Source of the DNA: Nitrospiria bacterium
GTDB taxonomy: Bacteria > Nitrospirota > Nitrospiria > JACQBZ01
Direction of reading: 5' to 3'
Length of the DNA stretch: 64,000 bases
Assembly: GCA_035517655.1 (NCBI GenBank)
Contig: DATIYJ010000029.1
Span: forward strand, 18,230-82,229
The first letter of the stretch is position 1, and every line of letters begins with the position of its first letter. Positions 17,992-26,395 of the stretch are shown in pieces. The notes beneath the pieces are model-generated. The model was not told the origin of the DNA, did no database searches, and saw nothing but the letters and a program-made list of their open reading frames with translations. The position numbers were made by a program, and so were the translations under genes.

Positions 17992-20900
17992 TCAATTCTG
18001 ATTTTCATCGACATCCACTTCAATGGTGACGCCCTTCTTAAAGCTAAGGGTCTCGAAAACATTCCGACCCCGCTTCCCCTTCCGGCCGTCGTCCCGCTTC
18101 TTGCCGTTATCCGCCTCCTCCTGCGACCCCGCCGTCGCCGCGGCTTCCGTCACGGTATCCTGGGCCGATGCGACCGCCGTCGAGGTCGCCGCCGTCGAGG
18201 TCGTCGAGATCGATCCGGTGGAGCCGGTGAGACCGCCCAAACCGGTGTTCGCCCCCGATGGAACGGTCGGAACCGCGGTCGGCGGGGGGGTTGGAACAAT
18301 GACGGGGGGCGGAGAGGAAACAAGCGTATTCCCGCCCACACTCCCTCCGACCGGTCCCGTAATCGCGGTTTGATCCCCCACGATTTGATCGACGTTGACC
18401 GTCACGACGCCCTGGACCGTCCCGCCCTGAAGGTCCAGGTTTTTCGCGTCGATCGTAATCGTCCTGCCCCGTATGCCGGCGGGCGGGACGATCACGTTTC
18501 CCGAAGGCGCGTCGAGGACGATGTCGCCGAGTTTCAAGTCCTTGATATAATCGGCCTTGATATTTTCGTACTCCGCCGTCGCCGCCTGGACGGCTTTTCC
18601 GACCTGGGTAGTATAGTCCGCGTTGAGTTGATCCACAATTTTGTCGACCATGGCCTGGTACTGTTGAACCTGGGCCTGGTATTCAGCCTTGTATTCGGCC
18701 TTGTATTCCGCTTCGAGGACGGACGTGTCGTGTCCGAGAATCGTTTGTTTTGAGATCTCCGTCTGGAGCGACTCCAGACCGAGTGTCATCGTAAACGTAA
18801 ACGGCGGCACGACCAGAGTCGGAGGAAGAGGAATGACCGGGGCGGGCGGAGGCGGGAAGGGAGGCAGCGGGTTTGGATCCAAGGGACTGAACGTAAATAT
18901 CCCGCTCCCGGGAACCTTGTAATCCAAGTATGTTTTGATGACGTTCCCCTGATCATCCGTCAGTTCATCCACAAAGATGAACTCCACCAGTTCGTCCTTG
19001 CCGCCGCTCCCGGCGTTGATGTTTCCTTCCGTCGAAGTGATATGGATGTCTCCGCCGCCGAACGTGGCCACTCTCGATTTATTGACGTTGACGTCGCCCG
19101 TCGCGGTAATATCGATCTCTCCTCCTCGAAGGGTCATCAAGCCCAGATACGTGCCAAACGGGGAAACCCCGGACGATTGGTTGGTGCCGATGTCGACGCT
19201 ACCGCCGACGGGGCTGTCCGGCCCGTTGAGCCCGTGGACCTGGATCGCCGCTCCGTTGTAGGTGACGATCCGGGACTGGGTCATTTCAAGGTTCCCGCCC
19301 ACCGCGATTTCCAGCAGACCCTTTGGAACAATATCGTCGGTCGGGATGTTGGTGTACCTCTGGTCGATGCCCTGACTATCCGCCAGATTAATGTTCCCGC
19401 CGGCCGACACAAACCCGCCGCCCGTCCCGATGAAATGCAGCCCGCTGACACTCCCCCCGGTCGGCGTCATATCGATGTTCCCCGCGGCGCCGACCGTCGC
19501 CTGGACGCCGTCGGGAACCGAGAGCGTCGCGACGAAATTGGTGATGTCGGCTCCCGATTGCACTGTCACCTGTTTTCGCAGGGTCGGGCTGTAAAAATCC
19601 AGAGTGAGATTATTGATATCCCCGGTCGCCGTCTTGAATGAAACCGGAATCACATCGTTCGAAACATTCGGGGCGGGCGTGTTCAACAGCGGGGTCAGCT
19701 CACCGACCTGCAGGCCGAGCAGGGCGTTCGGATCGGCCGGAACCAGTTTCAGGGTGGGAGGAATGCCATTGACCGGGATGCCCTGAATCGTATCTTGCGC
19801 AAAGAAGTCAAGGCCGCCGGTCGGAGAAGGCCAGAACGTGAGACCGGCTTCGACAAAGATGCTCCCTTGAGGCGCGGTCGCACTGAATGAAGCGGGATAA
19901 TATTGTCTCAACTGAACCAGTTCCGGGCTTTTTTCTCCGTCGGTGACGAGGGGCCGCAGATGGATGTCCCCGTTCGTCGCGGTAAGGCTCACCGCATTGC
20001 TTGGATCGGCCGTTAACGCCCGGTTCCCATAGTTTCCATCGACTCCTTCGGACAGACCCTTGTCCTGGACAAGCCCAAGATAAACCGACTGGCCTGCGGT
20101 CACATCCACCTCCCCCTTCCCGAGCGTCAGGTTTACATAGTTATCGGCCGCGCCGAAATTTCCGCCCACGGTGACATGGGCCTGACCGTTCGACATAAGA
20201 AACCCGCCCAGGAAATCGCCGCCGGCCCTGATCGTCAAGGTACCGGGTACATCCGTGTCCAAACGAAAACCGCTGTATAACAGAAAAGAGTTGTCAAAGG
20301 TGCTCGGCGCGATGATATTCCGGCCCGCCTGAATCGTCATGCTGCCCCCGTATCCCGTCCCCACGGTCGAGTTGGAAAGAACAATATCCCTTCCGGCCGT
20401 CGCCGAGATGTTCCAGGGGGCTCCGCCGTTCAGCCCGGAAGGATCATTGATGATGAGCGTATCGTTGAATCGGAGGTCGTTCCCCGCGGTGAAGGTGATT
20501 TTTCCCCGCGACCCGGGCGCGACGGACCAGCCGCTCAGATCCGTGAGGACGCCCGTCACGTTGATGTCGTGATCGGCCTGGAAATCCAGTTCCGTCAAAC
20601 CGCTGAAGGGGTCGAAGTCATCCTGTGTCACCGTGAGATCATAAGGGTCCAGAAGAAACTTGCCCCCGCCGTATCCCGGAATCGCTCCGCCGCGAACGCT
20701 TCCTCCCAGCGTCAGGTCGTGACCGCTCAGTTCGGCCGAGCCGCCGTCCCCCCCTCCCGCGCCGCCGGAAACATCGATGACGGCGCCCGGATCGAACCGC
20801 GACGTTCCGTGACTTTTGTCCGACGTCGCGACGATCGTGCCCCCGTTTGATACCCCCTCGTCGGATCCTTTCGCCGATGTGACGCTGCCGTCGGACAGAG

Positions 20901-21738
20901 TCAACTCATCGCTTGCAAAAAGTTCGATCCGCCCTTCCTTTTCACGAACGCTGTCGGCCTGGATGAGCCCTTCCTGGTTGATGACGCGGGCATAGATGTT
21001 AACGTTCCCTCCGTCGGCAATCAGGTCTTCGAGGTTGACCGCCTCCCCGGTCGGATTTTTGACCTGGACCAGAAATCCCCGACCGTCCGGGCGGTCCGTC
21101 AGATAGGCCACCGTTCCGGCCGCCAGGACGATCTGTCCCTCCGGGCTCCGGATGAGACCGTTGTTCTCCACGTTCGGCGCGAAAAGATAGACGTACCCTC
21201 CCGAACCGGTTTCGATCGTCCCCGCGTTCTTCACCGATCCGGCGGCGGCCGTTCCGTTGAAGAGATATTTTCCCGCGAGAAAATTCCCATCGCTCAGGTT
21301 CAGAGAAGACGCGACCAAGCCGTTCACGTTGACCTGAGCGCTCGGGCCGAACATCACACCGTTGGGATTAAGAAGAATGACGGAGCCGTTGGCCTGAAGC
21401 GATCCGAAGATCTGGCTCGGATTTGCGTCGAAGATCCGGTTCAACGCGATGGACTGGGCCGTCGGCTGAATGAAGCGGGTGACCTCATTGGGCGCGATAT
21501 TGAACTGCTGCCAGCTCAGAATTGCTTTGGGGGTTGTCTGATTGATGGTCACGACCGAAGTCCCGACGCCTGAAACTGCGGCCCCGCCGTTCACCACGGT
21601 CGGCCCCAAGGGATTCGCAAGGGTCGTTTCGGGAAAAAGCAGGGATGCGCATAGAAGGAAGACGAGGATCCAGTTTTCGGACATGGCCGTACGTCTAAAA
21701 TCCACATTTTGCATTCCCCTCATGGCGAAGACCCCCAC
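17992..21738 (-). CDS. Two-partner-secretion exoprotein (TpsA) with N-terminal TPS/haemagglutination-activity domain and atypical Pro-rich/coiled-coil/basic C-terminus
   Basis: 1248 aa. TPS domain NPLGPTVVNGGAAVSGVGTSVVTINQTTPKAILSWQQFNIAPNEVTRF...NPNGVMFG. Gly/Asn-rich beta-helix body. C-terminal PLPPFPPPPAPVIPLPP, KAEYKAEYKAEYQ, S/T-rich region and a KKRDDGRKGKRGR tail. Confidence 0.8.
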   Translation of the reverse strand: MGVFAMRGMQNVDFRRTAMSENWILVFLLCASLLFPETTLANPLGPTVVNGGAAVSGVGTSVVTINQTTPKAILSWQQFNIAPNEVTRFIQPTAQSIALNRIFDANPSQIFGSLQANGSVILLNPNGVMFGPSAQVNVNGLVASSLNLSDGNFLAGKYLFNGTAAAGSVKNAGTIETGSGGYVYLFAPNVENNGLIRSPEGQIVLAAGTVAYLTDRPDGRGFLVQVKNPTGEAVNLEDLIADGGNVNIYARVINQEGLIQADSVREKEGRIELFASDELTLSDGSVTSAKGSDEGVSNGGTIVATSDKSHGTSRFDPGAVIDVSGGAGGGDGGSAELSGHDLTLGGSVRGGAIPGYGGGKFLLDPYDLTVTQDDFDPFSGLTELDFQADHDINVTGVLTDLSGWSVAPGSRGKITFTAGNDLRFNDTLIINDPSGLNGGAPWNISATAGRDIVLSNSTVGTGYGGSMTIQAGRNIIAPSTFDNSFLLYSGFRLDTDVPGTLTIRAGGDFLGGFLMSNGQAHVTVGGNFGAADNYVNLTLGKGEVDVTAGQSVYLGLVQDKGLSEGVDGNYGNRALTADPSNAVSLTATNGDIHLRPLVTDGEKSPELVQLRQYYPASFSATAPQGSIFVEAGLTFWPSPTGGLDFFAQDTIQGIPVNGIPPTLKLVPADPNALLGLQVGELTPLLNTPAPNVSNDVIPVSFKTATGDINNLTLDFYSPTLRKQVTVQSGADITNFVATLSVPDGVQATVGAAGNIDMTPTGGSVSGLHFIGTGGGFVSAGGNINLADSQGIDQRYTNIPTDDIVPKGLLEIAVGGNLEMTQSRIVTYNGAAIQVHGLNGPDSPVGGSVDIGTNQSSGVSPFGTYLGLMTLRGGEIDITATGDVNVNKSRVATFGGGDIHITSTEGNINAGSGGKDELVEFIFVDELTDDQGNVIKTYLDYKVPGSGIFTFSPLDPNPLPPFPPPPAPVIPLPPTLVVPPFTFTMTLGLESLQTEISKQTILGHDTSVLEAEYKAEYKAEYQAQVQQYQAMVDKIVDQLNADYTTQVGKAVQAATAEYENIKADYIKDLKLGDIVLDAPSGNVIVPPAGIRGRTITIDAKNLDLQGGTVQGVVTVNVDQIVGDQTAITGPVGGSVGGNTLVSSPPPVIVPTPPPTAVPTVPSGANTGLGGLTGSTGSISTTSTAATSTAVASAQDTVTEAAATAGSQEEADNGKKRDDGRKGKRGRNVFETLSFKKGVTIEVDVDENQN

Positions 21739-21741
21739 GTG

Positions 21742-23499
21742 TTAAAACATCACTTTGAGAGAAAAATGAATAAAATAATCCCCGGCCCGGGTAACGGAGG
21801 CATCCTTGAGCGCCCGGGCAAAATCCACGCGTCCCTGAAAATAGTCGGTCACTTTCAACCGAACGCCAAAACCCGCGCCGGCAAGCTGTTGACGGTTGAG
21901 TTGACCGGGAGGGGGCTTCAGGGTACGGAGGTAGGCCTCATCGTAGAATACGGTAAACATCAGGCTCTCCTTATAAGGATTGGGACGGACGATCGGAAAT
22001 GTTGGAGAAAGAAATTCCAATGTCCAGCGGAAGCCATCGTCTCCCAAGGCCTCGCTTTCCAGATAACCGCGCACCGAGTCCACGCCTCCCGCAAAATATT
22101 CTTCGGCCGGTATCAAGGGCCCGTTCGCCCACTGCCCGTCGGCCTTCAAGGACAGAGCGGATCCCTTTGGGAGATCCTGCAACCGCTCCAGACCTCCCTG
22201 AAGGATGAGAAAAGTCCCGGTCGAACCCTCGCGGTTGCCGGGATGGTTGATGCGATCCGATGGATCGCCTCCGAAATCCTCATTGCCTCCCCCCGGCACC
22301 ATCCCCGCCACATATCCTTTGGCCGTTAAGGAAATCTTCATCGTTCCCACATCGTCAGGATAAACCAGCGTATCGTTGATCGAGAGGGGCGCATAATTGA
22401 CCCGATCGCTTACGACCGCCGTCCCCAACCCACCAGGAAAGCTGGCCGTGCTCTTATCCAAATGTTTATAATCAAGACCCAGGATGATTTGCTCGGACAA
22501 TTTTGTGCCGGTATCGAGTGGAATGACATACCGGGTCCCCCCGATGTCGGCATTCCCGGGGATGTTGATATTTCCCGATGAGGTTGACACGGTTCCGGCG
22601 GATAACTGCGACTTGCTTTGGGAGAGTGCGCCATAAAAAACAGCCGTTCGACCGGACTGTTTCAATGGTACGACATAGCTCAATCCGTAAACCCGAACCC
22701 GTCCCCAATCCTGGGGCGTTTGAGTCGTCTGAAAGGTCAGGATCTGGTCCCGGTTAAAGAGGTTCGTATATTGGATCGCGCCGTTCAGGCGCTGTTCCGG
22801 CGTGTCGGGCGTCCCCTGATTGTTCCATTCAATACTTTCATGAAGCGGAAGCCGATCCTTGACCGCCAATTCGAGATCGACGGTTCCGGGTTTCTGCCCG
22901 AGCACGAGAGCCGGTGTGATTTGCAGGTCCGGATTGGAGTTGGCCATATTCAATTCCCTCAGGAACGTCGGCTCATAAATCAAGATGTTCTCTTTTAAAG
23001 AGGGCAGCCTCTCGAAAATCGTCTTCTTGGAAAAATACCGGTTCCCGACCACACGAATCTCGCCCAGCCTGCTTTCGATCACCGTGAGACGAACGACCCC
23101 GTTTTCGATGGTCTGCTGCGGGACGGTCACGATCACGGTGGGGTACCCGGCTTCGCGATAAGCCTTCTCCAGCGCGGAACGGGCCGATTCCACATCCATC
23201 ATGCGCTGTTTCGGCCCCAAATAATTCGAAACGATCGCTTTGACTCTCTCCGAAGGCAGAACCGAATTGCCATCGACCTGATAGTCGGTAACGGCAAAGG
23301 TGATCTCCGCGGGATTTTGGACCGGGGGTGCCTGTGCCGCCGGCTCATTGGGCGCCTGTCCTTGCGTCTCTTGCGGCGGTTTGGGCGCTTCCTGGGGCGC
23401 GGGCGCCGCTTCCCCCGTCCCCTCGTCCGCGCACCATGCCGAATGGGATCCGGAGAAGAGGAAACAAAGCAACCAAATGATCGGCAGGAGACCTTTCAA
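21742..23499 (-). CDS. TpsB transporter (ShlB/FhaC/HecB family, POTRA plus Omp85-type barrel)
   Basis: 585 aa. Signal peptide. Pro/Ala/Gln-rich linker. POTRA region ITFAVTDYQVDGNSVLP...RLTVIESRLGEIRVVGNRYF. C-terminal aromatic residue (…FSLKVMF). Stop is 3 nt before the tpsA start. Confidence 0.85.
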   Translation of the reverse strand: MKGLLPIIWLLCFLFSGSHSAWCADEGTGEAAPAPQEAPKPPQETQGQAPNEPAAQAPPVQNPAEITFAVTDYQVDGNSVLPSERVKAIVSNYLGPKQRMMDVESARSALEKAYREAGYPTVIVTVPQQTIENGVVRLTVIESRLGEIRVVGNRYFSKKTIFERLPSLKENILIYEPTFLRELNMANSNPDLQITPALVLGQKPGTVDLELAVKDRLPLHESIEWNNQGTPDTPEQRLNGAIQYTNLFNRDQILTFQTTQTPQDWGRVRVYGLSYVVPLKQSGRTAVFYGALSQSKSQLSAGTVSTSSGNINIPGNADIGGTRYVIPLDTGTKLSEQIILGLDYKHLDKSTASFPGGLGTAVVSDRVNYAPLSINDTLVYPDDVGTMKISLTAKGYVAGMVPGGGNEDFGGDPSDRINHPGNREGSTGTFLILQGGLERLQDLPKGSALSLKADGQWANGPLIPAEEYFAGGVDSVRGYLESEALGDDGFRWTLEFLSPTFPIVRPNPYKESLMFTVFYDEAYLRTLKPPPGQLNRQQLAGAGFGVRLKVTDYFQGRVDFARALKDASVTRAGDYFIHFSLKVMF

Positions 23500-24050
23500 C
23501 CTCCGGTCTCTCCGTCGGAAGGCCCGGCCTCCGCGCCTGGAAGATTGTCGGTCTCTTGGAGTTCTTTGAGAATCTGCATCGCTTCGGGATCCGCCTCGAC
23601 CACGGGTTTCAGCCAGGCGATCAGGATACGGCGGGTCTCCGGATCCGGTTCGTTTAAAATTCTATTCAAAACCTCTTGCCGTTGAGACCGCTCCTCGTCC
23701 CGGTGATCGGCGGCGTCACCCGGACTGTTCAGATCCGACAGGTACGGGGCATGACGCAAAAGAATCTGTTGGACGGCCGCGGATGGAGGAATCGCGCTGT
23801 CTTGATTCCGGGCATACCCGTCCGGAACGGGACCCGCCGGCCCGGAATTCTGCCGGCCCCCGGCCGATGGTGAAAGCGCGCCGCGTTGATCCTGGGCATA
23901 CCCGCCCGGATTGCGCCCTACTCGGACGGAATCCTGTCGGACGACGGCACCGGAGGGAACTTGTTCATCGGAGCCGCACCCACCCAGGGGGAAAAACAGC
24001 GCGCAGCAGGCCGCCAGCGAAACGGCGGCGAGGATCGTTTTAGTGAACAT
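23496..24050 (-). CDS. Lipoprotein of unknown function, first gene of the tps operon (4-bp overlap with tpsB)
   Basis: 184 aa. Signal plus lipobox ...LFFPLGGCGSDE. Disordered Gly/Pro/Gln-rich middle. Acidic helical C-terminus. Confidence 0.55.
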   Translation of the reverse strand: MFTKTILAAVSLAACCALFFPLGGCGSDEQVPSGAVVRQDSVRVGRNPGGYAQDQRGALSPSAGGRQNSGPAGPVPDGYARNQDSAIPPSAAVQQILLRHAPYLSDLNSPGDAADHRDEERSQRQEVLNRILNEPDPETRRILIAWLKPVVEADPEAMQILKELQETDNLPGAEAGPSDGETGG

Positions 24051-24114
24051 TTTTCCCCTTCTCCCTTTTATACTCGAGCCCGTTTCCGAATGGCGGAATC
24101 GTGCTCTCTTTAGA

Positions 24115-25539
24115 TTATCTGGATATCAAGAATTGATTAAATTTCTGTAAACTCCCGTTGAAGATCGCAAGAAGAGCGCGCGCGAGCCCTTTCAGCCGCT
24201 TCCGGAATCGCACGAGCCGGGATTGACGAAGCGTCATGGATTCCGTCAACCGCTCGATGCGGTCGGCCACATCGCCAAAACCGCGTTCCATGAATCGCAC
24301 CCGCTGAAAACAATCCAGAGCTTCTTCGATCTTCCCCTGCTCTTCCAGAACGCATCCCATTTCATAACGCACACGAATGACCTCCCGGCCGGGCGCGGAA
24401 TAATCCGACAAGGCTCTTCTGAATAATTTCAGGGCCTCGTCGCTTCGACCCGCCTCCCGGTGGCAAAGGCCGGCCAGGAACGAGGCCTTCATCCAATAGG
24501 CCGGGTCCTCCGCGGCTTTTTCAAAGAAGGGAACGGCCTCGTCCCGCCGGCCCGCTTCCTTCAATTCCATCCCTTTTTGGTAGGCCATGCCGGAAGCTTT
24601 TCCCGAAGCCTCGGCCGACCCGGACCGTTCCGACCGATGAGTCGGCCATTCGCCGTTCCCCTCCTGATCCCGAACCGGGCGCTCTCTTCCATTCAGAAAG
24701 GAGGTTAGACCGCTATCTTTGACAAAGGGAATGATTCTCCCCGCGATCCGGTCCGAAGCCGCCTCGGCCACCAGCCGGGCCGAAATCCTCTCGGCCTGTT
24801 CCGCGAATCCGTAAACAAGAGAACGTTCGCAGGCCTGATTGATCAAGCGAGGAACGCCCCCCGAAATGCGATAGATCAGGGAAAACGCCTCCTCTTCGAA
24901 CAGCGGAATTTCTCTCCCGGCGGTTTTCACGCGATGATGGATATACCGATCGGTTTCTTCCGCATTCATCGGTTCCAGGTGATACTCCGCGTCGATCCGC
25001 TGAGCGAACTGGATCATGTCGGACCGGCGCAAGAGATCCCGGAGGCCGGGCTGCCCGGAAAGAACGATCTGCAGAATCGGGTCCTTGCCGGAATTCATGT
25101 TCGACAACAGCCTCAGTTCCTCCAGCATGGAGGGTTCCAGATTCTGAGCCTCGTCCACGACCAGGACCACCCGGCGTTTCAGGGCATGTTCCCGGTCCAA
25201 GAACTCCGCAAATTTTCGGTGGACGGATGCCTGATCCCGGCTCCGGGGCCGCAGATTAAAGATCCCCATCATCCACGGCATCAGGCTCTGAAAGTTGCCA
25301 TGGGTGTTCGAGATCAGACCGATGGTGAGCTCCTGTCCGGCTTCGCCCATCATCTTGCGCAACAGCAGGCTTTTGCCGGTCCCGATCTCGCCGGTAATGA
25401 CGATGAACCCGGATCGATTAAAGAGGCCGTATTCCAACAAACTCAGAGCCGCGCGATGGTTGGAACTGCGGTAAAAGAACTCGGGATCCGGAATAAGAGA
25501 AAACGGTTTCTCGCGAAATCCGTAAAACGATTCGTACAT
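24115..25539 (-). CDS. ExeA/GspA-like AAA ATPase with C-terminal TPR domain (putative secretion ATPase of PEP-CTERM/exosortase loci)
   Basis: 474 aa. MYESFYGFREKPFSLIPDPEFFYRSSNHRAALSLLEYGL...ITGEIGTGKS (Walker A). VVLVVDEAQNL. TPR-like C-terminus. I recall a PEP-CTERM-locus ATPase TIGRFAM subfamily with this architecture. Confidence 0.8.
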   Translation of the reverse strand: MYESFYGFREKPFSLIPDPEFFYRSSNHRAALSLLEYGLFNRSGFIVITGEIGTGKSLLLRKMMGEAGQELTIGLISNTHGNFQSLMPWMMGIFNLRPRSRDQASVHRKFAEFLDREHALKRRVVLVVDEAQNLEPSMLEELRLLSNMNSGKDPILQIVLSGQPGLRDLLRRSDMIQFAQRIDAEYHLEPMNAEETDRYIHHRVKTAGREIPLFEEEAFSLIYRISGGVPRLINQACERSLVYGFAEQAERISARLVAEAASDRIAGRIIPFVKDSGLTSFLNGRERPVRDQEGNGEWPTHRSERSGSAEASGKASGMAYQKGMELKEAGRRDEAVPFFEKAAEDPAYWMKASFLAGLCHREAGRSDEALKLFRRALSDYSAPGREVIRVRYEMGCVLEEQGKIEEALDCFQRVRFMERGFGDVADRIERLTESMTLRQSRLVRFRKRLKGLARALLAIFNGSLQKFNQFLISR

Positions 25540-25599
25540 AATCCTCCTGACCTCGGGAACGCATGGATGGACAACCGGGCCACATCCCGTTGGTTGTTC

Positions 25600-26379
25600 C
25601 TAGCTTTTATTCAAGACCGTTCCGATCAAGGGAACTTCTTTGATCAGATGCAATGCTTTTTCGATTTCCTCCCTCTTGGTCCGCCCCGCCTCGACGACCA
25701 ACAACAAGGCGTCGAGGTAGGGAGAAAAGGCCAACACATCGGCCGACCGGAGGAGCGGGGGGAGATCGAAGAGGACCAGCCTTTCCGGGTAGCGGTGCTT
25801 TAACTCCGCCACCAGGGCGGTCATCTTCGGCGACGTGAGCCGTTCGGTCGAATCATGAATTTTCCGCCCCCCCGGGAGGAGAACGAGACGTCCGAGACCC
25901 GGATGGACCAGGAGCGACTCGACGGGAATATCGTCCAGCAGATATTCGGCCAGCCCCCGGTCCGGCCCGATTCCGAGGACGCCGTGCACGCCCGGGTTTC
26001 GCAAATCCGCGTCGACCAGGAGAACCGTCTGACCCGCCTCCATCGCCAGACTGATCGCCAGGTTGATCGCCGTCACCGTTTTCCCTTCGCCCTCTCCCGG
26101 ACTCGTCACCCCGAGCATACTCCAGCCGTTTTCCCGCATCCGATGAAGGACCTGTGTCCGAAGAATTTTATAGGCATGGACAAACTCGTTCTCTTCAAAG
26201 GCCGCGAGGATCCGCCGCTCCCGCATATGGGAGAGCGGCACCTCCACCGAACGCGTCCGGGTATAGATGATGCGTTCCGAGGATCTTACCGGCGAATACG
26301 GGGGGCCGGTAAGGGTCGAGGGCCCCTCTTTTTCTCGTTTCTCTTTCACTCGATCGAGTGCGAGCTGTATCTTGTCCAT
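25600..26379 (-). CDS. BY-kinase-like P-loop ATPase (exopolysaccharide tyrosine autokinase, MinD/ParA fold)
   Basis: ATG at 26379 (MDKIQLALDRVKEK). VTSPGEGEGKTVTAINLAISLA Walker A. VLLVDADLRNP Walker A'/B. RBS ggagtg. Confidence 0.8.
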   Translation of the reverse strand: MDKIQLALDRVKEKREKEGPSTLTGPPYSPVRSSERIIYTRTRSVEVPLSHMRERRILAAFEENEFVHAYKILRTQVLHRMRENGWSMLGVTSPGEGEGKTVTAINLAISLAMEAGQTVLLVDADLRNPGVHGVLGIGPDRGLAEYLLDDIPVESLLVHPGLGRLVLLPGGRKIHDSTERLTSPKMTALVAELKHRYPERLVLFDLPPLLRSADVLAFSPYLDALLLVVEAGRTKREEIEKALHLIKEVPLIGTVLNKS

Positions 26380-26395
26380 ATTCACTCCGATGCCT

